The translations under genes were made by a program, and so were the position numbers. Positions 37,347 through 46,220 of a stretch of 64,000 bases of DNA are shown one piece after another (positions within the stretch are counted from its first letter, which is position 1; every line of letters starts with the position of its first letter). Source of the stretch: Minisyncoccota bacterium (GTDB lineage: Bacteria > Patescibacteriota > Minisyncoccia > Phycocordibacterales > XYD1-FULL-46-19). The notes under the pieces are model-generated. The model did no database searches and was not told where the DNA came from. It saw only the letters and a program-made list of their open reading frames with translations. The stretch covers positions 30,366-94,365 of the forward strand of contig JBBDJY010000013.1 of the NCBI GenBank assembly GCA_040879645.1, given 5' to 3'.

Positions 37347-37419
37347 GCACCCGTGGCTCAAAGGATAGAGCGTCTGGCTTCGGACCAGAAGGTTGGGGGT
37401 TCGAGTCCCTCCGGGTGCA
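37347..37419 (+). tRNA. tRNA-Arg (anticodon TCG); no encoded CCA
   Basis: Hand-folded cloverleaf: acceptor GCACCCG/CGGGTGC, D stem GCTC/GAGC, anticodon stem TCTGG/CCAGA with loop CTTCGGA, T arm GGGGG-TTCGAGT-CCCTC. Confidence 0.85.
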
Positions 37420-37513
37420 CAAAATTAAAACAAAACATTAAAATCAAAGTCGCCTAAATCAAAGGTTACTCGTTTAAGAAAATAATCATTGTCACCTGAA
37501 ACTCCGTTTCAGT

Positions 37514-37543
37514 CTCGTTATTTTGTGCGGGTAGGGAGAATCG
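37514..37543. repeat. 30-nt direct repeat of the tRNA-Gly(GCC) 3' end plus 12-nt trailer
   Basis: ctcgttattttgtgcgggtagggagaatcg is identical at about 37514..37543 and 37755..37784. Confidence 0.6.
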
Positions 37544-37766
37544 GTGTCAGCTCACCGCGCTATAATTGTTCGCTCATTCTTTGCTCCTAAGTTGAGTTTT
37601 GAAAAGCTCCAAGTCTTCGCTTTCCAACTACCCGGACTCTCCCTCCCCAGTTTTGTATTTTGGAATTTTCTAATTCCAAAACTGGAGAGGGATGCGCCTT
37701 TCGCTTCTCCCTACCCCTAAGACAAAATATAGTCGTCCAATACTCTGTATTGTCCTCGTTATTTTG

Positions 37767-37837
37767 TGCGGGTAGGGAGAATCGAACTCCCGTCTTATCC
37801 ATGGCAAGGATACGTCATACCACTAAACTATACCCGC
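37767..37837 (-). tRNA. tRNA-Gly (anticodon GCC); no encoded CCA
   Basis: Reverse complement gives GCGGGTA...TATCC-TTGCCAT-GGATA...GGGAG-TTCGATT-CTCCC-TACCCGC-A, 71 nt. Confidence 0.8.
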
Positions 37838-38315
37838 AACGATTCCATTATATCTTTTTATCCTAAAAAGTAAATCTACTTTACTGTTAACCATCTGAGG
37901 TGATATTTCTGCCAACTTGGAGTGACAAAGGTTAATCGGGCCAATGGTGGTCTTGCTGACAATTTACCAAGATCATAAAATATAGACAGTGTTTTGTTTA
38001 GCGGTTATTTAGCCGGGTATCAGACAAGTCTTTTAGTCAATCATTTTTAGGATCAAAGACAATTTATTTTGACCTATAAAATACTCTCTTTTCACGGGAA
38101 ACCTTTAAAAAATGGCTAAATATGGGGATAACTATGGGGACAATGTGTATAAGAGACAGTATTATTAAAGATGTCTTTGACCCTTATAAATCAAATAAAT
38201 GTTTAATAATAAGGGTATTTTAGTAAAAGTCCTTAAAAAAGCTTAATTTTAACTGTCCTTTTCCCGAAAGTGTTTCTTATGAAACACTTTCGGGAAATAA
38301 AATAATAAAAAATCT

Positions 38316-38714
38316 ATGAATAATAATAAAAAACCGACGGAAAAACAGGTTATTGGTCGGCTGGGGGAAGACCTAGCGGCCGAATATTTAAAGAAAAATA
38401 AGTTTAAAATCAAGGAAATAAATTACTGGAAGCCGTGGGGAGAGATTGACATTATCGCGGTCAAAAATGACATTCTTCATTTTGTCGAAGTAAAGACAGT
38501 AACTGTTAAAAGTGTTAATCATGAAACCTATGATCGTTATGAACCGGAAGATAATATCCAACCGTGGAAATTAAGAAGATTATATCGGACGATTGAAAGT
38601 TATTTAGAAGAAAAGAAAATTGATGATGAGGCCGATTGGCAATTAGATGTGATGGCTGTTTATCTGGATCCGCAACGAAAATTATTGCAAATCGAATATT
38701 TACCCGATATTTAG
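38316..38714 (+). CDS. YraN/UPF0102 family endonuclease
   Basis: GRLGEDLAAEYLKKNKFKIKEINYW...GEIDIIA...HFVEVKT matches the UPF0102 signature. Confidence 0.8.
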   Translation: MNNNKKPTEKQVIGRLGEDLAAEYLKKNKFKIKEINYWKPWGEIDIIAVKNDILHFVEVKTVTVKSVNHETYDRYEPEDNIQPWKLRRLYRTIESYLEEKKIDDEADWQLDVMAVYLDPQRKLLQIEYLPDI

Positions 38715-38838
38715 CCGTTAAATATCAAGTTTCAAAAGGACAAGGCAGGGGAGTCGATTATCTTAAACGAGGGGATTGCCGGTAAAAATTTTAGCGAATT
38801 GCTTTAACCCCTTATTTTGCTATAGTTAGGCTGTTTTG

Positions 38839-38911
38839 CGGAGCGTAGTGTAACGGCTAACATGCCTGGTTTGGGACCAGGTGATTCCGGGTTCGAATCC
38901 CGGCGCTCCGA
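38839..38911 (+). tRNA. tRNA-Pro (anticodon TGG); no encoded CCA
   Basis: Acceptor CGGAGCG/CGCTCCG, anticodon stem CCTGG/CCAGG with loop TTTGGGA, T arm CCGGG-TTCGAAT-CCCGG. Confidence 0.85.
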
Positions 38912-39127
38912 ACGATAATGAGGACGCAGCAAGCCAACTGCTTGGCTTGCGTCGGGATGCGAAAGGCGCAGCGATGTTTTTGTTTGGCGGAGCCAAGGCA
39001 AAAACCGCGAGCCGGGGCTGACAAATTTTTCCGTCAGGAAAAATATTGGTGGCCGAATCCCGGCGCTCCGAACGATAGTGAGGACGCAGCAAGCCAACTG
39101 CTTGGCTTGCGTCGGGATGAGAAAGGC
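38889..39127. repeat. 78-nt direct repeat (2 mismatches): tRNA-Pro 3' 23 nt plus 55-nt downstream hairpin, duplicated 161 nt apart
   Basis: Copy 1 is at about 38889..38966 and copy 2 at about 39050..39127. Both contain the hairpin gacgcagcaagccaa-ctgc-ttggcttgcgtc. Confidence 0.6.
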
Positions 39128-39204
39128 GTGGGGACCCAGGTAGGTCCGCCCGTACCGAACGACGCTCAGTCGGGCGGGAAGTTGTCGGGATATTTCGGCA
39201 GGCC

Positions 39205-39243
39205 AATAAAAAAACCGCTGATGTCAGTTGGAGATCAGCGGTT
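39205..39243 (-). terminator. Rho-independent terminator of the HAD phosphatase gene
   Basis: Perfect 10-bp stem aaccgctgat/atcagcggtt with an 11-nt loop and a U-run on the minus strand. Confidence 0.6.
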
Positions 39244-39292
39244 AGAGATGAGGTGGATCGTTTAGATTGAGCCGGCGATAGGGGAGTCGGGA

Positions 39293-39841
39293 TTAACCGA
39301 ATCTCTTTTTGTCGCGAATAATCAAATCACAAATTTCGCGGACGGCTCCATTGCCGCCGAATCGGCGGGTGATGTGACAGGCGGAATCTCTCACTTTGCC
39401 GATGGCATTGGCTACGGCTACCGGGTAGCCGACGGTTTCAAGTACCGGCAGGTCGCCGACATCATCGCCGACGAAGCAGACTTCGTCAAGATTGATGTGG
39501 CAGAATTCTTCGCGTTCCAGTACTCGCTTGAGTTCAGTCAACTTGTCGTCAGTCGGCGGACTGCACCAGATTTCCAGCTTGTCGCAACGATGTTGGACAT
39601 AGGCCGAACGCTGACCGGAGATGACAATCACCACGACGCCAATTTGGCGAAGATCCTTGATCCCCTGGCCGTCGAGGTGGGAACAAGTTACCATCTCGTG
39701 GCCGTCGGAAGAGGCAATCACTTGGCCGTTGGTCAAGACGCCGTCAAAGTCAAGGGCCAGAAGTTTAATCCGGTTAAACCGAACTCCATCAGGGTCGTCT
39801 CTGGCCATTGGTCGAAGCATTTGTTTGAGATCACTTGTCAT
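39293..39841 (-). CDS. HAD-IIIA phosphatase, KdsC/YrbI-like
   Basis: LLALDFDGVLTNGQV, FVGDDVGDLPVL and the C-terminal GGNGAVREICDLI motifs; sits in a GC-richer patch. Confidence 0.75.
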   Translation of the reverse strand: MTSDLKQMLRPMARDDPDGVRFNRIKLLALDFDGVLTNGQVIASSDGHEMVTCSHLDGQGIKDLRQIGVVVIVISGQRSAYVQHRCDKLEIWCSPPTDDKLTELKRVLEREEFCHINLDEVCFVGDDVGDLPVLETVGYPVAVANAIGKVRDSACHITRRFGGNGAVREICDLIIRDKKRFG

Positions 39842-40007
39842 TAAAATCCTCCTTTCTTGTTGTCTAGGGTCTTTCTTATTACTGTCTGTTTAAATAATCT
39901 CTGTCAAGTTTTTATCGGTGTGTCGAAATATCTCGCTTGATTGTCGGTAGAGAAGACAAGAGCTTGTTTTATTTAATTAAATTTTTTGGCTTATTACCGG
40001 TTTAAGC

Positions 40008-41039
40008 TTAAAGTAAATTAAGTAAAAAAGTGGCAAGGGAAAAATAAATGATAACCGAAATAATGTCTCGGATGATGGTGGCCAACGGTCCGGCCGAAAT
40101 TGCCGGATCGGTTTTTAAGCGGACAAAAATCCAAGGCATAACCACACCGGTAAAAGCGGCTAAGATAATTGTCAGAAAAAAAGATAAAAAAAGAATCAAG
40201 CCCAAGGTTGGCGATTGCCACCACCAGCCGGTGAACAAGCCACCACCGGAACTTAAAACCAAAGCCAATAGACCGGCGACAATCATTTCGCGTTGCAGGT
40301 ATTTTTTAAAATTTAATTTATCAGTCAAAGCTAAACTGCGGACAAAAACGGTTTGACTTTGTGCGCCGACGGCATCAGCCAGATAGACAATGGCCGGAAT
40401 AAAAGCGGCTAAGACAATCATCTCGGTCAAAGTTTTTTCAAACCAACTGATAACCCAAGCGGCTAAAACTCCGCCACCCAAACCGGCCACTAACCAAGGC
40501 AAGCGCTTGTTAAAATAACGCACCGGTGAAATGGTTAAAAGTTCGCGGGCCGGATCACTGAAAGGATGGATACCGGCGGAATGTAAGGCATCTTCAATTG
40601 TTTCTTGATTTAAAATATTTAAAATCGTATCGGAGGTTACCACCCCCAACAATCGATGATTATTATCAACCACCGGAATACTTTTTAAATTATGTTTAAT
40701 CGCCAGCCAGACGATTCGCTCTTGATCGGTATGAGGTCTGACCGAAACAAGATTAGTTGTTCGACCGGTGCCGACTGATTCGCTTTTGGATAGGCGATAG
40801 AGTTCTTTGATTGAAATGACGCCTCTTAATTTTCGTTCATGGTTGACGATGTAAATGTAATTAATCGTTTCAAATTCACGAATTTGTTTTAATAAAAAAC
40901 TTTCAATCTCGGCAATGGTCATGCCGGCGGTCGCCAAGGGGACACTGACGGCCATCAAGCGACCGGCCGTCTCAGGCGGAAAAGCCGAAGGCTTAATGGT
41001 TAAATCAAAAACCGTTGATTGATTGTTTTTTTCCTTCAT
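40008..41039 (-). CDS. mgtE: Mg2+ transporter MgtE (CBS pair plus TM domain; short form)
   Basis: CBS motifs (IPVVDNNHRLLGVVTSDTIL) followed by 5 TM helices with an MgtE-like PWL...GLGGG segment. Confidence 0.75.
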   Translation of the reverse strand: MKEKNNQSTVFDLTIKPSAFPPETAGRLMAVSVPLATAGMTIAEIESFLLKQIREFETINYIYIVNHERKLRGVISIKELYRLSKSESVGTGRTTNLVSVRPHTDQERIVWLAIKHNLKSIPVVDNNHRLLGVVTSDTILNILNQETIEDALHSAGIHPFSDPARELLTISPVRYFNKRLPWLVAGLGGGVLAAWVISWFEKTLTEMIVLAAFIPAIVYLADAVGAQSQTVFVRSLALTDKLNFKKYLQREMIVAGLLALVLSSGGGLFTGWWWQSPTLGLILFLSFFLTIILAAFTGVVMPWIFVRLKTDPAISAGPLATIIRDIISVIIYFSLATFLLNLL

Positions 41040-41146
41040 CTAAAAATTATAACAATTTGTTATTTAATCGACTATCGGTTTTTTTAAATTAACAATTGAA
41101 TTAAAATTTCTGATTTAAAAAAGTGGCCGAAAAAATTTTCGGCCAC

Positions 41147-41443
41147 TTAACGCGCTTCCCGTTGATTGTTCAACCTTTCCACCTCTTGCTTCAAGATCCC
41201 CGTGATCTTTTTTGCCTTGTCTCGAAAACCGGTGACGACAGTGACTTGGCATTGTCCGTCTCGACGGTTAATCCGAATCCGAATCGTTCCCGGATGTTCG
41301 GCTCGAAGTTGGCAAGTAAATTCTTCCGCTTCGTGAGTCGTTTCCTTGGTCATGATCCAAGAGCCTTTCGACAAGTGGATCGGAATAGCGGCTCGGAGCA
41401 ATCGCTGAAGAATTTGTTTTCGACGGTTGTCATCTAGTGTCAT
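41147..41443 (-). CDS. Hypothetical small basic protein (GC-rich)
   Basis: 98 aa with no confident family assignment. Confidence 0.35.
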   Translation of the reverse strand: MTLDDNRRKQILQRLLRAAIPIHLSKGSWIMTKETTHEAEEFTCQLRAEHPGTIRIRINRRDGQCQVTVVTGFRDKAKKITGILKQEVERLNNQREAR

Positions 41444-41696
41444 GGCCGGACCTCCTTGTTTATGGGAGCGCGAGCCAATTCTTCTTTAAGTTTAATTCGC
41501 TGGTGGTAAAAGTCAATGCAAGGTCAAAAAAATCGTTATTTTACAATAGTTACACAGCTTTCATGAATAAATTAGGGCTTGATGAAACGATGATAGATTT
41601 AAAAAATTATTAAGTAAATTTATTTAGGGTTCGATTCTCCCTACCCCTAAGACAAAATATAGTCGTCCAATACTCTGTATTGTCCTCGTTATTTTG

Positions 41697-41767
41697 TGCG
41701 GGTAGGGAGAATCGAACTCCCGTCTACTGCTTGGAAGGCAGTCATTCTACCACTAAACTATACCCGC
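41697..41767 (-). tRNA. tRNA-Gly (anticodon TCC); no encoded CCA
   Basis: Reverse complement gives GCGGGTA...ACTGC-CTTCCAA-GCAGT...GGGAG-TTCGATT-CTCCC-TACCCGC-A. The acceptor and T arm are identical to those of the GCC isoacceptor. Confidence 0.8.
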
Positions 41768-41903
41768 AATTCAGATGTTTCATTATGCTAGCAAAAACTC
41801 GTCGTAAAAACAATTGCCAAAATTTTGGCCGGCGGATATTTTTAATTGATTTACCCTGATTGTTTCTCGGTAAAATAATCGGCAGATATGTTATAATCGA
41901 GCG

Positions 41904-42884
41904 ATGCCGATTTTGTATTTAATCATCTTTTTGTTTTCCTGTTTTTTATTATATTGGTCGGGAGAAATCCTTATCAACCACTTGATTAAGTTGTCCAAGT
42001 TTTTAGGCTTGACGGAATTTGTTGTCGCTTTTTTTGTTATGGCCTTAGCCGCCTCTTTGCCTAATTTTTTTGTCGGTTTAACTTCGGTTTGGCAAGGGGT
42101 GCCGGAATTGTCACTCGGTGATATTTTTGGTAACAATATGGCGGCACTGACTTTGGCCATTTTTTTCGCGGTGCTTTTTGCTCCCGGTCGGGAGATCAAA
42201 GCCGATGGCGAAACGGTGCAAATCAGTGTTTGGGCGACGGCCCTGGCGGTCGTTTTACCGCTCATTCTTTTGGCCGACAATGTTATTTCTCGTTCGGACG
42301 GTTTCATTTTAATTATCGCTTTCTTGATTTATGTCTTTTGGCTCTTATCCAAAAAAGAACGGTTTAGTAAAATTTATGATGGCGAACCGGAAGCGAACAA
42401 GGGGCCGACGATTAAAAAATTATTCGGCGTTATTAAATCTTTAACTTTAATTTTTCTTGGGGTGGCTTTGCTTTTGTTAGCCGCTCAGGGGATTGTTTCC
42501 TCGGCGATTTATTTTGCCGTTTTCCTCGGCTTGCCACTCATCTTGATTGGTTTTTTAATTGTCGGTTTTGGCAATGCTCTGCCGGAAGTTTATTTTTCTT
42601 TTATCTCGGCTCGGCGTGGTGAGACTTCGCTTATTTTGGGTAACGTGATGGGTTCGGTAATTTTCCCGGCGACTTTGATTCTTGGTTTGGTGGCGGTTGC
42701 CGAACCGATTGAAGTCAGTAATAATGATTTTCTGGTTTTGTCTCGTTTCTTTTTATTGTTGGCCAGCGGTCTCTTTTTATTGGCGGCCCGGACACATAAA
42801 AAGATTTCTCTCAATGAAGCGGCGGCTCTCGGTTTGGTTTATGTTTTATTTATGGCCAGCATCATTTGGTTTTTTGCTTTATAA
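41904..42884 (+). CDS. Na+/Ca2+ exchanger (CaCA) family cation antiporter
   Basis: Two alpha-repeat signatures, GDIFGNNMAALTLA and GFGNALPEVYFSF, with 10 TM helices. Confidence 0.8.
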   Translation: MPILYLIIFLFSCFLLYWSGEILINHLIKLSKFLGLTEFVVAFFVMALAASLPNFFVGLTSVWQGVPELSLGDIFGNNMAALTLAIFFAVLFAPGREIKADGETVQISVWATALAVVLPLILLADNVISRSDGFILIIAFLIYVFWLLSKKERFSKIYDGEPEANKGPTIKKLFGVIKSLTLIFLGVALLLLAAQGIVSSAIYFAVFLGLPLILIGFLIVGFGNALPEVYFSFISARRGETSLILGNVMGSVIFPATLILGLVAVAEPIEVSNNDFLVLSRFFLLLASGLFLLAARTHKKISLNEAAALGLVYVLFMASIIWFFAL

Positions 42885-43063
42885 CTAAAATTAATTTCCG
42901 GCGGTTTTTAAAATTGACGGTTTGTCATTTTGGCTGACGGGCGGCCAAAATCTTTAAAAAACTGAAGACCATTTTTCTCGGCCGGTTAAGACCTGGCGAC
43001 GATTTTGCGGTGGTCGAAAAAACTGTTATCATCTTTTTGTTACTAATCAGTTTTAACTAATTA

Positions 43064-43894
43064 TTGATGGAAAAATATTGCTATGCCGACGGGAAGATAA
43101 TTCCCTTGACTCGAGCTTGCTTGCCGGTTAATGATTTGGGACTTTTGCGCGGTTACTCACTTTTTGATTTTTTGTGGGTGGTGGATGGTAAGCCGTTTCA
43201 TTACCAAGATCACTTTGCTCGGTTTAAAAAATCAGCTCGTTTTCTTAATTTACTGTTGCCTAAAACGGCTCACGAAATTGCCACCATTATCAATCAATTG
43301 GTCAAGAAAAATAAATGCCCCAATGCCGGTGTCCGTTTGGTTTTGACCGGTGGGCCGGCTCGGGACGGTTTAACCCCAACCAAACCGACTTTCTATATTT
43401 TACTGGAGGACCGTTACTTGCCTTCGCCGGCTGTTTATCAAAAAGGCGGACGATTGATTACTTACGAATATCATCGTTCCCCGTTTGCTATCAAACATAC
43501 CAACTACCTGACGGCGGTTCGTTTGCAAAAGTTAAAAAAGCGCAAACGGGCGATTGAAATTCTTTACACTGACCACGGCCAAGTTTTGGAAGCAACCACC
43601 AGTAACATTTTTCTGGTTTCCGGTGGACAGATTATTACTCCCAAAGTCGGTATCTTGCCGGGGATTACCCGAAAACTGGTTTTGCATTTAGCTCGGCAGG
43701 CCAAATTAAAAACCATGGAACGAGCAATCACTATTAAAAAACTATTGGCGGCCGATGAAGTCTTTATTACCGCCACCAACAAAAAAATCGTACCGATTGT
43801 CAAAATTGATAATCAGCCTATCAGCCTCGGCCGAATTGGCCCGATAACTCGTCGACTGATGGATAGTTTTGATGATTATTTAAGGAATTATTGA
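43064..43894 (+). CDS. Class IV PLP aminotransferase (branched-chain or D-amino-acid aminotransferase family)
   Basis: 276 aa with N-terminal GLLRGYSLFDF and a fold-type IV pattern. Confidence 0.75.
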   Translation: MMEKYCYADGKIIPLTRACLPVNDLGLLRGYSLFDFLWVVDGKPFHYQDHFARFKKSARFLNLLLPKTAHEIATIINQLVKKNKCPNAGVRLVLTGGPARDGLTPTKPTFYILLEDRYLPSPAVYQKGGRLITYEYHRSPFAIKHTNYLTAVRLQKLKKRKRAIEILYTDHGQVLEATTSNIFLVSGGQIITPKVGILPGITRKLVLHLARQAKLKTMERAITIKKLLAADEVFITATNKKIVPIVKIDNQPISLGRIGPITRRLMDSFDDYLRNY

Positions 43895-43918
43895 GGTGTG
43901 GTGTTCGAAATCAGACGC

Positions 43919-43956
43919 AAAAAAACCCCTCCACTCGCCAGCGGAGGGGCTTTTTT
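43919..43956. terminator. Bidirectional terminator between the aminotransferase gene and hup
   Basis: aaaaaa-cccctccactcgccagcggagggg-ctttttt. Confidence 0.65.
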
Positions 43957-43971
43957 GCGTGGGGAGGAATA

Positions 43972-44244
43972 TTATCTGACCGCGTCCTTTAAGGCCTTGG
44001 CTGCTCTAAACTTGGGAACTTTCATTTCCGGTACTTCTACCGCTTCGCCGGTCCGCGGATTGCGGGCGGTGCGAGCCGCTCTGGTCTTAGCCGAAAAAAT
44101 ACCCAAGCCGGCGATAGAAACCTCTTCGCCTTTTTGCAAGGTAGAGACAATGGAGCTGATCATCGTATCGACCGCCTTCTCGGCGACACTTTTGGTGCCA
44201 CCAATTTCTTCGTGGACTTGGTCGATAATTGATTGCTTATTCAT
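43972..44244 (-). CDS. hup: DNA-binding protein HU
   Basis: 90 aa with GLGIFSAKTRAARTARNPRTGEAVEVPEMKVPKFRAAKALKDAV, a classic HU arm. Confidence 0.9.
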   Translation of the reverse strand: MNKQSIIDQVHEEIGGTKSVAEKAVDTMISSIVSTLQKGEEVSIAGLGIFSAKTRAARTARNPRTGEAVEVPEMKVPKFRAAKALKDAVR

Positions 44245-44362
44245 AATTTACGGTTAAAATAACTTTATAATAAACGACCAAAAAGCTTATAAACAGTATA
44301 TAACTCGGACCACAGGGGTGCAAGCAATCTGCTGGCAATCGATTAATCAGTCATTTTCGTTC

Positions 44363-45892
44363 TTAACGGGCGTATTCAATGACGCGATTCTCTCGAATGA
44401 CATTGATTTTTATTTCGCCGGGGTATTTTAGGTCGTTTTGGACTCGAATGGCAATATCGCGGGCCAATTGCTTGGCTTCCAGGTCGGATATTTCTTCCGG
44501 TTTGACAAAGATTCTGATTTCCCGGCCGGCGGAAATGGCATATGATCGCTCAATACCCTTGAAGGAATTGGCAATATCTTCCAAATCTTTCAATCGTTTC
44601 AGATAATTTTCAATACTGTCGCGCCGAGCACCGGGCCGGCCGCCGGAGATGGAGTCGGCCACCTTAACAATTACCGACTCGACCGTTTCAAAGGCGTATT
44701 CTTCATGGTGAGACTGCATTGCCTTGATGACCGCTTCACCGGCATTAAATTTTTCGAGAATTCGTCGACCGATTTCGACATGGGTACCTGATATTTCATG
44801 GTCAACCGCTTTACCGATATCGTGTAATAGGCCGGCGGCTTTGGACACTTGAACATCGGCATCCAATTCTTCAGCCAACATTCCGCAGAGATGAGCCAGT
44901 TCAATCGAGTGTTGGAGAACATTCTGGCCGTAACTGGTACGGAAGTGGAGTCGACCCAAGATTAAGAGAATTCGCGGATCGAGATTTAAGACCCCGGTAT
45001 CGTAAGCGGCTTGTTCGCCTTTTTCTTTAATGATGCGAGAAATATCTTCTTTGGCTTTTTCCACTGCTTCTTCAATTTTCGCCGGTTGGATTCGTCCATC
45101 GATGATCAAATTGTCCAAGGCAACCTTGGCAATCGCTCGTCGAACCGGATCAAATGAAGATAAAACAATCGAGCCGGGTGTATCGTCGATGATAACTTCA
45201 ACCCCGGTCGCTTTTTCAAAGGCGCGAATATTCCGCCCTTCCTTGCCGATAATTTTACCTTTAACATCATCGGACGGGATATCCACGGTAGTGGACATGA
45301 CTTCCGGAACGGTTGAGGTCGATAGACGTTGAATTGTCGTGGTCAGGATATCTTTGGCTTTTTGTTCGTATTTGTCTTGACCCAGGGTCTCCAATTTATG
45401 AAGTCGAACCAATAAGTCTTCCTCATACTCTTTTTTGATGATGGCAAACAATTCCTCTTTGGCTTTTTCTTGATCCAAGTTGGCGATCCGTTCCAATTCT
45501 TTGGTTCTTTCTTCCCGTAACCGTTCAACTTCCGCTTGATCGGCTTTTAGTTTTTCGGCCGACCGTTTAAGTTCTTCGGTTTCGGTGTCAATGTCGGCTT
45601 GGCGCTTGTCTAAGAGTTCGTCTTTTTTTAACAACCGATCCTCGCGTTTTTTAATTTCCTCTCCCTTTTCTTTTTCCGTTTTCTTTGCTTCTTTGATAAG
45701 TCCGGCGGCGGTAATTTCGGCGGTTTTGACGATATTTTGGGCTTCATCCCGGGCTTCCAGGATTGCCTGTTTAACCTTCAATTCCATTGAGCCTTTTTGG
45801 CCCAAAGTTACCAACCAGCGCAGGAAATATCCAATGGCGACACCGCCGAGGCCGGTTACCCCGATGATGAAGATAAAAGTCAATAATTCCAT
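44363..45892 (-). CDS. rny: Ribonuclease Y
   Basis: N-terminal TM, coiled coil, KH domain (GKIIGKEGRNIRAFE) and HD domain (HDIGKA). Confidence 0.9.
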   Translation of the reverse strand: MELLTFIFIIGVTGLGGVAIGYFLRWLVTLGQKGSMELKVKQAILEARDEAQNIVKTAEITAAGLIKEAKKTEKEKGEEIKKREDRLLKKDELLDKRQADIDTETEELKRSAEKLKADQAEVERLREERTKELERIANLDQEKAKEELFAIIKKEYEEDLLVRLHKLETLGQDKYEQKAKDILTTTIQRLSTSTVPEVMSTTVDIPSDDVKGKIIGKEGRNIRAFEKATGVEVIIDDTPGSIVLSSFDPVRRAIAKVALDNLIIDGRIQPAKIEEAVEKAKEDISRIIKEKGEQAAYDTGVLNLDPRILLILGRLHFRTSYGQNVLQHSIELAHLCGMLAEELDADVQVSKAAGLLHDIGKAVDHEISGTHVEIGRRILEKFNAGEAVIKAMQSHHEEYAFETVESVIVKVADSISGGRPGARRDSIENYLKRLKDLEDIANSFKGIERSYAISAGREIRIFVKPEEISDLEAKQLARDIAIRVQNDLKYPGEIKINVIRENRVIEYAR

Positions 45893-46220
45893 GGCATTGC
45901 GCCCTTCCCAGTTTCTTGTTTAGTCGGTCAGCTGTCAGCGAAAGCCTAGACCCTTTTCATGGCTAAAAATAAGGATATTTTATTGGTTTCGATAATTTTT
46001 TTTGGACAAGCCATAAGACGAGTAAACTGTAGAAGGATTTTAGTTAAAATTTATTAATGCTAAAACTTTTTGATTATATCAGACCAAAAATATTCTGTCG
46101 AGTAATCAAAAAAAACGAGATAATCCGGTTTCGTCACTCAACCCTCAAATTAGCCGGATGGAATAATTTTATTATTTATAGTATGGTTGTTGGATTAAAA
46201 ATAATCAATTTTAATTTAGT

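Noticed and set aside
38804-39206. Two minus-strand ORFs (97 and 126 aa) across tRNA-Pro and the 78-nt repeats
   Set aside because: They overlap a tRNA gene and duplicated non-coding repeats, and their similar peptide segments simply reflect the DNA repeat. They are most probably non-coding.
45893-46220. 328-nt intergenic region upstream of rny, examined for SRP RNA, tmRNA or other structured ncRNA
   Set aside because: No match to conserved SRP domain IV or tmRNA termini could be recognised by eye. It is probably just a divergent promoter or leader region.
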